From Terriglobia bacterium (GTDB taxonomy: Bacteria > Acidobacteriota > Terriglobia > JAIQFV01), in contig JBGQBO010000006.1 of assembly GCA_041494885.1 (NCBI GenBank), forward strand, positions 26,776 through 90,775: DNA of 64,000 nt, given 5' to 3'. The notes under the pieces were generated by a model. The model worked only from the letters and a program-made list of their open reading frames with translations. It did no database searches and had not been told where the DNA came from. The translations under genes and the position numbers were made by a program. How positions within the stretch are numbered: the stretch's first letter is position 1; the number at the start of each line of letters is the position of its first letter. Below, in pieces: positions 20,764 to 28,003 of the stretch.

Positions 20764-20870
20764 GATGGGGAGCAGCCTCGACTCTCGGATGCGAATGATA
20801 GCGCAGGTACTTGCAAATCATCACTTCGATCACATTATCGCATATTCGACCTGTTTTTTGAACGCTCCAT

Positions 20871-20887
20871 GCAATGCGACTTCTCAT
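20871..20887. repeat. Left 17-bp direct repeat (target-site duplication) gcaatgcgacttctcat flanking the IS
   Basis: Identical 17-mer recurs at 22442-22458, immediately outside the IS inverted repeats. Confidence 0.8.
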
Positions 20888-22441
20888 GTCAAAGCTCTTT
20901 AGAAATGTCCTCATAGATAACTCGTTAGAAATGTCCTCTTTTTGAGTTTTGGTCCTAACTCTTCTCCGGGGTAGAGCGCAAGGAGCCCGAAGGGCGACTG
21001 GAGTGATCCCCGGAGAAGGGCGGCCCTGTCAGGCCGTGGAATAAGGAGAAGGGGGTGTTGAACTTCCTTCCTTATTCCTGCTAGCAGGAATCGCCGCCAG
21101 CGGACGCAAGAACGGTCGCCTCCAGGGATGATCGGGAGAGGGCCAGTGTTTTCGCTTCAACCCTTGCTGCACCGTGACAACGACAGGCGCTTCGGCCGGC
21201 AGGAGGAGCGGACCCGGGAGAAGCACCTCCTGGTACTCGACGCGGTTGCCTCGATAGAAGAGATGAAGCGAGCCGTCCAGTCGCTCTTGCACGAGGACCT
21301 TCGACTTGGCGGGAGGCAGGCAGGTCTGGCGCCAGATCTGAAACCGCCGGTTCTGGTAATGGACCGTCCAATCGCGTTGCACTTGGCGCGTCTGTTCGAG
21401 CACAAAGACTTCTTCCAATTTCACCCCTTCAGGAAGCGGGCGATGAGCGTCTTCACCGTCCCGCGCCACCTTCTCAAACTTCTGATTGAGGTGTTTGAGG
21501 AAGTCGGCTTTCAAATACGCGTTGGCCCCCTCCAGCGTCGTGATGCCGTTCCAAGCCAACTCCTTCACCAGCCGGTCCTGAAAGACGCCGTTACTGCGTT
21601 CCACCCGCCCTTTGGCCTGCGGGGAGTTGGCGCCAATAATCACGATCCCTAAACGGTGGCAGGCCTGGCCGAAGGCGGTGCGCGGCACTTCACCCCGCAA
21701 CTGCTCTTCCAACGTCGCTTCCCGGCCGGTCAGATAGACATTCTTGTGATCGGTGTAGAGAGCGTGCGGAACGCCATAACGCTCGATCCAGTCCCACAGC
21801 GTGCGCATCGCCGCCCCAATGGTTTCCGCCTCAAACAACGGCGCATACACCCGCCCCGTGGCGTCATCGACCAGATTCATGAGGCACTGCTTTTGCTCTC
21901 CCCCCAACCAGGCGTGAGGACTGCCATCGAACTGCACCAGCTCCCCCCACCGCGCCCGCCTCTGCCGCCAGCTGCGATACGGCGATCGCTTCCGCTCCAC
22001 CTGTCGTAGCCCCGCTTCCAACAACCACCGCCGCAGCGTCTCATGATCCACCGCCTGACCTCGCGCTTGAAACTTCTCCGCCGCCAGCGTCGGTCCCCAC
22101 CCCCCCAACTCCTCCTGGTATTGTTTCAACACAGCCGCTCGAAACTCTCTTGACTTGCTGCGATTCGACCGCCGCCCCCGGCTGCGATGACACAGCCCCG
22201 CTTCCCCTTCCTTCCCGTAGCGCTGATAGATCCGCCGCCCTTGCCGATAACTGATCCCCAACCGCTCCGCCACCGCCCGAATCGACACTTCCCGCTCTTT
22301 CACCCGCTTCATCTCCACCAACCGCTCTCGCTCTTTCTTGCTCATCAGCAAATGCCCCATTCTGGCCCCTCCTTCGGAGGCGCCATCTTAGAGGACATTT
22401 CTATCGAGTCCTAATGAGGACATTATCAAAGAGTCGTGACA
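20888..22441 (-). mobile_element. Complete insertion sequence (about 1554 bp), ISNCY family / IS1202-group-like; 27-bp imperfect terminal IRs plus sub-terminal GAGGACAT(T)T repeats
   Basis: IRL gtcaaagctctttagaaatgtcctcat (20888-20914) matches the reverse complement of the right end atgaggacattatcaaagagtcgtgaca (22414-22441) at about 22/27 positions. Single transposase ORF inside; 17-bp TSD. Confidence 0.85.
21029..22360 (-). CDS. Transposase (DDE type with N-terminal HTH), ISNCY/IS1202-group-like
   Basis: 443 aa; N-terminal HTH (VSIRAVAERLGISYRQGRRIYQRY), then GPTLAAEKF...GELVQFDGSPHAWL...LVDDATGRVYA...YTDHKNVY region, which resembles IS1202-type transposases from memory. Confidence 0.7.
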   Translation of the reverse strand: MGHLLMSKKERERLVEMKRVKEREVSIRAVAERLGISYRQGRRIYQRYGKEGEAGLCHRSRGRRSNRSKSREFRAAVLKQYQEELGGWGPTLAAEKFQARGQAVDHETLRRWLLEAGLRQVERKRSPYRSWRQRRARWGELVQFDGSPHAWLGGEQKQCLMNLVDDATGRVYAPLFEAETIGAAMRTLWDWIERYGVPHALYTDHKNVYLTGREATLEEQLRGEVPRTAFGQACHRLGIVIIGANSPQAKGRVERSNGVFQDRLVKELAWNGITTLEGANAYLKADFLKHLNQKFEKVARDGEDAHRPLPEGVKLEEVFVLEQTRQVQRDWTVHYQNRRFQIWRQTCLPPAKSKVLVQERLDGSLHLFYRGNRVEYQEVLLPGPLLLPAEAPVVVTVQQGLKRKHWPSPDHPWRRPFLRPLAAIPASRNKEGSSTPPSPYSTA

Positions 22442-22458
22442 GCAATGCGACTTCTCAT
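22442..22458. repeat. Right 17-bp direct repeat (target-site duplication) gcaatgcgacttctcat
   Basis: Exact copy of 20871-20887. Confidence 0.8.
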
Positions 22459-22579
22459 TGCTTTTTTGGTCTTTAGACTTTATCATTACGTCGCGATTCA
22501 ACCTATTCGAGGAAATTTGAATCTAATGGTTGGTGTTCCGATAGGTTATAGAACCGCATACCCCATCCGGCAGGAGCAG

Positions 22580-25141
22580 ATGATCTCCAATAAACTGCGT
22601 ATTTTGGCCTACTTGGCTCTCCTTTTGTTGTCTTTGGCAAGCTCCACAGTTCTCTTGATCGGTCAACTCAATCCCCTCGCACTTCCCCAGGCAACGTTGA
22701 CATCACCGATCTCCGCCTCTGACACCCTCTTGAATGTTGACAATGCCATCGGTTTTCCAGCAACTGGAGAAGTGGCTATCGGCACCGAGGTGCTTGCTTA
22801 CAGTTCCATCACGACCAACTCGTTTGTCGTTTCCGGGCGGGGCCAGGCATCAACAACCGCTGCCGCTCATGACGCCGGTTCCGTGGTCACTTTTTTCCCC
22901 GTCCACGCGGGATTGCTCACAACGTCAATTGATGCCGTAGTCACCACCCTGAACCTCAATTCGACCTCCACCTTCCCCACTGGATTCGGCTCGATGTTAA
23001 TTGACCAGGAAATCGTGAACTATTCCGGCGGGACAACGAACACGCTCACCCCCTTGAGCCGCGCTCAAGCGGGAACCACTGCTGCCGCTCACAACGCCGG
23101 GGCCTTGATCATTGGCCGCGCGACTTCGCCCCTGATTCTGACCTTTACCCTCCCGAGATTGATTTCTGCGGGAGATAGTTTCTCGGGGATGGCTTTGACC
23201 AATCTGTCCGACGGACCGGCCAATGTCAGTCTTAACCCATTTAATTCTGATGGAACGCCGCTGACCTTTGCCGATTCCACGGGCGCCCAAGTCTCGGCTG
23301 CACGCGCCTTCACCGTGGCGGCACACCAACAGTTTGTCGGCAATATCTTTGACATGCTCCCGAACTTGGGCACGGCGACCGATTTCTATATTCAAATGAC
23401 AACGGGTAACACCAGTGCGCTGGGGGTCGTGCCCGTGGGAAACGTGGATCCGAGCGCTGGGCTGAACCGTCTGGAACTGGCTCCGATCTCGGTGGCCCCT
23501 TCTACCGATGTCATTTTGCCGGTGGCGCTGCAGAGCTCGCAGCAGTTCTCGGCCGACGTTGCGTTGGAGGTGGGAATTCTTGCGGGACCCGCTCCCTCGG
23601 ACATCACTGCTGATTTCGTGGATTCAAACGGCAATGTCGTCCAATCGACCACCCTGACTTCACTAGGAGCCAACCAGCGGTTAATCAAAGGCCTGAGTGA
23701 TCTCTTCTCTAGCCTGTCGGGTCAAACGGTTGAAAAGGGATACATTCACTTGTCGTCGGTGGCACCGTTTACCGCCTACGAAATGGTTTTCGTGGGAAAG
23801 GAAAATGGTTACCTGAGTGCGGTGTCGCGCTCGGACGCTGCCTCGACCCTGAATATCCCCTTTGCCATTTCCGTGGGGCCTTACGAGACGCGTCTCCTGA
23901 TTACCGATGGGACTGCTGCGGTGTCAGGGCAAGCTCCCAGCGACACTGTCACCGTTCGAATCACCGCCTTTAACTCCGATGGGAGCCTGTTCACTGGCAG
24001 CGGAGTCACGAATCCTGCCGTGGTGAGTTTTCCGGCATCGGGGCAGCTCTCCCAGTTCATTAGCAGTGTCTTTGGATTGACGGCGGACAAGGTCTTCTCG
24101 GGTTATCTGAAGGTGGACCTTGTGCCCGGCTCCTCTTCGCCCGGGATTCTGGCCTCCGCGCTCATCCTCCATACAGGACGGAACCAATTGACTGCGGTTC
24201 CGGGGCAGATCGTGGCCATGCCGAAATTCGTTTTGACTCCCGCACTATTCGATCAACAAATCACCACTGCGCTTTCGCTGGTGAACCCCAATTCCGCACC
24301 CGCTCCGACTCAGATCCAGATCATTCGAGGGTCCGGATCGTTGCAAGAGTCGCAAACCGTCATGATCCCAGCTTCAGGACAAGCGATTGCCGTTTTCTCT
24401 TCGCTTTTCCCGGATATCGGTGTGGAATCCGACGGCTATGCATTAATCACCAGCCCACTTCCCCTCTACGGCATGCTTGTTTTTGATAATGGGGTCTTTC
24501 TTGCTTCGGGCTACCCGCTCCGTCTGCCTGCTGAGTTCGTGGCTTCGCCCAATCCCATGGGCCTGTCCACCCCGCTCGACTCAACTGTCCCTGCAAGCGC
24601 TTCGAGTTTTTCCCTCTCCGTTCAAATTCCTGCCCCCGCCCCGGCGGGAGGATTTCAGGTCAACTTGAAGCCTCAAAACTCGAACATCGCCTCCTTATCC
24701 TCAAACACTCTGATCATCCCGGAAGGCCAGACCAGCGGGACAGTGGAGGTGACCGCTCACCTCAGCGGAGCCACGGTTGTTAATGTCACTGCTCCAGGAT
24801 TCACGACAACCTCGGTGGTCGTGAATGTGCAAAACACGTCAGACTTCACCTTATCCCGAAATCTGGGCATCTCTCCCAAGAATGCTGCGGTTTCCAGCGG
24901 AGGAACGCTTCAATTTAACCTCTCTTTTGATACCACCAATAATCCCCCCGTCCTGTGGAACGTTAGCGGAGTGTTAAACGGACAAAATGCAATCGGGACG
25001 ATTACTCAGAGTGGTTTTTATACTGCCCCCTTGCTGTTGCCGACCGATCAGCCGATTCGACTCGCGATCAGCGCCACGAACGCGAACACGACATTTTTTA
25101 GTGCCTCCACGACGGTGACCATTCTTCCGCCCCCCCAATGA
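22580..25141 (+). CDS. Large secreted Thr/Ala/Ser-rich surface protein with internal about 110-aa repeats and C-terminal bacterial Ig-like (Big_2-like) domains
   Basis: Signal peptide MISNKLRILAYLALLLLSLASS at ATG 22580 (the ORF opens at GTG 22436 inside the IS TSD). Repeated TTAAAHDAGS / GTTAAAHNAGA segments. Three copies of an ...FNSDG(T/S)(P)LF(T)... module. C-terminal ...VEVTAHLSGATVVNVTAPG...SGFYTAP is Ig-like. Confidence 0.6.
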   Translation: MISNKLRILAYLALLLLSLASSTVLLIGQLNPLALPQATLTSPISASDTLLNVDNAIGFPATGEVAIGTEVLAYSSITTNSFVVSGRGQASTTAAAHDAGSVVTFFPVHAGLLTTSIDAVVTTLNLNSTSTFPTGFGSMLIDQEIVNYSGGTTNTLTPLSRAQAGTTAAAHNAGALIIGRATSPLILTFTLPRLISAGDSFSGMALTNLSDGPANVSLNPFNSDGTPLTFADSTGAQVSAARAFTVAAHQQFVGNIFDMLPNLGTATDFYIQMTTGNTSALGVVPVGNVDPSAGLNRLELAPISVAPSTDVILPVALQSSQQFSADVALEVGILAGPAPSDITADFVDSNGNVVQSTTLTSLGANQRLIKGLSDLFSSLSGQTVEKGYIHLSSVAPFTAYEMVFVGKENGYLSAVSRSDAASTLNIPFAISVGPYETRLLITDGTAAVSGQAPSDTVTVRITAFNSDGSLFTGSGVTNPAVVSFPASGQLSQFISSVFGLTADKVFSGYLKVDLVPGSSSPGILASALILHTGRNQLTAVPGQIVAMPKFVLTPALFDQQITTALSLVNPNSAPAPTQIQIIRGSGSLQESQTVMIPASGQAIAVFSSLFPDIGVESDGYALITSPLPLYGMLVFDNGVFLASGYPLRLPAEFVASPNPMGLSTPLDSTVPASASSFSLSVQIPAPAPAGGFQVNLKPQNSNIASLSSNTLIIPEGQTSGTVEVTAHLSGATVVNVTAPGFTTTSVVVNVQNTSDFTLSRNLGISPKNAAVSSGGTLQFNLSFDTTNNPPVLWNVSGVLNGQNAIGTITQSGFYTAPLLLPTDQPIRLAISATNANTTFFSASTTVTILPPPQ

Positions 25142-25246
25142 GGCATGTGGGCAGGCACGAGTCCTTTTTTCACGCAATAACCCAACTCCTTTAGACTACC
25201 GATTGATCCACAGGCGGGACACAATACGCACGCGGATGGTGACCAG

Positions 25247-26851
25247 ATGCGAGTTCTCTCTGCGGCTGAGATGCGAGATGTCGATCAGCTCACGTCCACA
25301 CGATTGGGGACACCCGGTCTAACTCTCATGGAGAATGCCGGATCCGGGATCGCGGCTTATTGCATTTCACGGCTGAAGTCCCTCTCCTCGGCCCAGGTTT
25401 TAATTGTCTGTGGAAAAGGAAATAACGGCGGAGATGGCCTGGTCGCGGCCCGGCATCTGCTTCAGCGCGGGGGGTCACCCCATGTGGCCTTGCTGGCATC
25501 CTACGAACAAGTTCAGGGTGATGCCCGAGCGAATCTGGACGCCCTCATTCAAGCGGGTCTTCGGCCTTACTCCATTACCACGGTCGAGGAGTGGATCGAG
25601 TTTGTCTCCTCGATGCCCTCGCTGGACCTGGTGCTCGACGCCATCCTCGGCACTGGGCTCACGCATCCTGTCGAGGGTTTCCTCTCGAAGGTCATTGAGG
25701 ACGTCAACCGGCGATTCCCAGCGGTGGAAATTGTGGCTGTGGATATACCTTCTGGATTGAGCGCCGATTCGCATGAGCTCAGGGGTCCGGCCATCCGCGC
25801 CCAAGTCACTTTAACCATGACCGCGCCCAAGATCTGCATGGCGTTCCCTCCCGCGGCAGAGTTGGCTGGAGAAATTCGTGTGATTGACATCGGGAGCCCC
25901 GATTCCTTGATCGATGAGATCGCGGCCCAGAAGCTTTTCTGGCTGACCGATTCGGATTGCCGCTTTGTCGTCGCCCCTCGCCCGCCGGGCTCCAACAAGG
26001 GAGCCTACGGTCACGTACTCGTCATAGCGGGTTCGGTTGGAAAGACTGGAGCAGCCGCCCTGGCCGGCAGAGCTGCTTTGCGCGTAGGGGCCGGCCTGGT
26101 CACTGTTGCCACCGCGGCCAGCGCTCAACCCCTGGTCGCCCAATCCATGCCAGAGCTCATGACCATCCCGTTGGCGGAAACACAGGTGGGCAGCGTTGAT
26201 CTGGCATGCTTTGATTACGGCGTCCTTGACAAGGCGCTTCAGGGAAAGACGGTTCTTGCCATGGGTCCGGGGATGTCCGCATATGCTGATACTCTGGAGT
26301 TCATTCGAAGGGTCGTGACCCGCTATCGACTGCCGATGATTCTAGATGCGGACGCTGTCAATGCATTTGTAGATCATACGCCCGAGTTGGATGGGAAGGG
26401 CCGCACCTTGATCCTGACTCCCCATCCCGGAGAATTCGCGCGGCTCATTCGCACCACCCCCCAGATCATCCAATCTGATCGAAGAAACTTTGCCCGTGAG
26501 TTCGCAGCCCGGCATCAGGTCATCCTGGTGCTTAAAGGGTTCCGGACCATCATCGCCACACCGGAAGGGGAACTCTTTGTCTGCCCGACCGGCAATCCGG
26601 GAATGGCCAAAGGGGGATCAGGAGATGTCCTGACCGGAATGATGGGCGGTTTGTTCTCCCAATTTCCAAAAGCTCCACCTGCGCAGGTCGCGGCAGCCGC
26701 CGTCTTCCTTCACGGCAAGGCCGGCGATCATGCCCGTGATCGTTTTGGCGAGACGGCGATGCTGGCCAGTGACCTGATTGACACCCTTCCTGAAGTGTTA
26801 GGTGACCTCGCTCATGCAACGACAAGCCTGTCTGGCCGCACGACCCTGTGA
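25247..26851 (+). CDS. nnr: Bifunctional NAD(P)H-hydrate epimerase / ADP-dependent (S)-NAD(P)H-hydrate dehydratase (Nnr; YjeF-N + YjeF-C)
   Basis: 534 aa; N-terminal VLIVCGKGNNGGDG, C-terminal carbohydrate-kinase-like domain GNPGMAKGGSGDVLTG. Confidence 0.85.
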   Translation: MRVLSAAEMRDVDQLTSTRLGTPGLTLMENAGSGIAAYCISRLKSLSSAQVLIVCGKGNNGGDGLVAARHLLQRGGSPHVALLASYEQVQGDARANLDALIQAGLRPYSITTVEEWIEFVSSMPSLDLVLDAILGTGLTHPVEGFLSKVIEDVNRRFPAVEIVAVDIPSGLSADSHELRGPAIRAQVTLTMTAPKICMAFPPAAELAGEIRVIDIGSPDSLIDEIAAQKLFWLTDSDCRFVVAPRPPGSNKGAYGHVLVIAGSVGKTGAAALAGRAALRVGAGLVTVATAASAQPLVAQSMPELMTIPLAETQVGSVDLACFDYGVLDKALQGKTVLAMGPGMSAYADTLEFIRRVVTRYRLPMILDADAVNAFVDHTPELDGKGRTLILTPHPGEFARLIRTTPQIIQSDRRNFAREFAARHQVILVLKGFRTIIATPEGELFVCPTGNPGMAKGGSGDVLTGMMGGLFSQFPKAPPAQVAAAAVFLHGKAGDHARDRFGETAMLASDLIDTLPEVLGDLAHATTSLSGRTTL

Positions 26852-26852
26852 T

Positions 26853-27317
26853 ATGATTTCGGTGATGTCTCAGCGCAGTGAGTCCTCCCATCAAGAAATT
26901 TCGACGCACTCCCCTGAGGAGACCTTTCAGTTTGGCTTCGACCTGGGTCGGTCCCTTGCTGCCCCCAGGAAGGTGCTTCTGTTCGGGGATCTCGGAGTCG
27001 GTAAGACTGTTTTGGCGAAAGGGCTGGTGTGCGGGCTGGGCGTCGAAGACCCGGACGACATCGTGAGTCCGTCTTTCACTCTGATCCAGGAATATCATGC
27101 CAACCACCGCATCGTTCAACATGTGGATTTGTATCGCGTCGATGACCCTCGGGAGATTGAAGGACTGGGGCTCGAGGAATTACTCCTTGATGACTCCATG
27201 TATGTCATCGTAGAGTGGGCCGAAAAACTGCCTTCTTTTGAAATCCACGATTCCATTGATATTCATATGCGAGACTTGGGCGATGACGACCGCGCCATCG
27301 AGCTGGAGTACCGATGA
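26853..27317 (+). CDS. tsaE: tRNA t6A biosynthesis ATPase TsaE (YjeE)
   Basis: P-loop GDLGVGKT, SPSFTL, HVDLYRV motifs; ATG at 26853 overlaps the nnr stop. Confidence 0.8.
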   Translation: MISVMSQRSESSHQEISTHSPEETFQFGFDLGRSLAAPRKVLLFGDLGVGKTVLAKGLVCGLGVEDPDDIVSPSFTLIQEYHANHRIVQHVDLYRVDDPREIEGLGLEELLLDDSMYVIVEWAEKLPSFEIHDSIDIHMRDLGDDDRAIELEYR

Positions 27318-28003
27318 AACTCACATTGGAAATTGTGTCGATCGAGACGGACCACAAGAGAACGGTGGAATTCGAGCCCAAGCTGGTTGTCTGTGCTGAA
27401 TTCTCGAGATGGAAGCAAGGTCTTGGAGGGGACACTGAGGCATCGCTCGAGAAGAACGAGGAAACCTCCCTGGAACAATTTCCTCATTTCTTCCCGGTTT
27501 CCCCTTACCTGTTGACCAATGAGAACAAGATTGTAGTCCAAGGCAAGCACACGTCGGGTGAAGTGGAATACGTTGCGCTCAAATTTGAAGATGAGATTTA
27601 TCTCACGGTGGGAAGCGATCATTGCGATCGGCAGGCAGAGGCGTTTTCATTCGCCAAGTCCAAACAGTTGTGCCCCAAGGTCATGGCGCGGCAGATGATC
27701 CTGCATCGTGAAATACGCTCTTACCGGGACGAACTTAGGCTGAGTTCCTCGGTGGCCTCCTATGATCGAAAGGTTCCATACCAGTCAGCCTTTGTCGCCG
27801 ACCTGATGCGACTGGGTTCTCTGATTCGTTGCTGCCCATTAGACCTCGACTTCAACGGGGCGGTGTTGTTTTCCGGCACGGTTCCAACGATTGCCGACAT
27901 TCCCGCCTACTCTTCGCATTTCTATTTTCAGCTCGATCTCGCAAGGCTTAACCTCACCATTGCTCACGACTACGCAATCGAGATGTTGCCGGAGGCGAGA
28001 TAA
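27314..28003 (+). CDS. Conserved hypothetical protein (about 229 aa), translationally coupled to tsaE (ATGA overlap)
   Basis: ORF with coding-like composition; no motif I can assign. Confidence 0.5.
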   Translation: MKLTLEIVSIETDHKRTVEFEPKLVVCAEFSRWKQGLGGDTEASLEKNEETSLEQFPHFFPVSPYLLTNENKIVVQGKHTSGEVEYVALKFEDEIYLTVGSDHCDRQAEAFSFAKSKQLCPKVMARQMILHREIRSYRDELRLSSSVASYDRKVPYQSAFVADLMRLGSLIRCCPLDLDFNGAVLFSGTVPTIADIPAYSSHFYFQLDLARLNLTIAHDYAIEMLPEAR

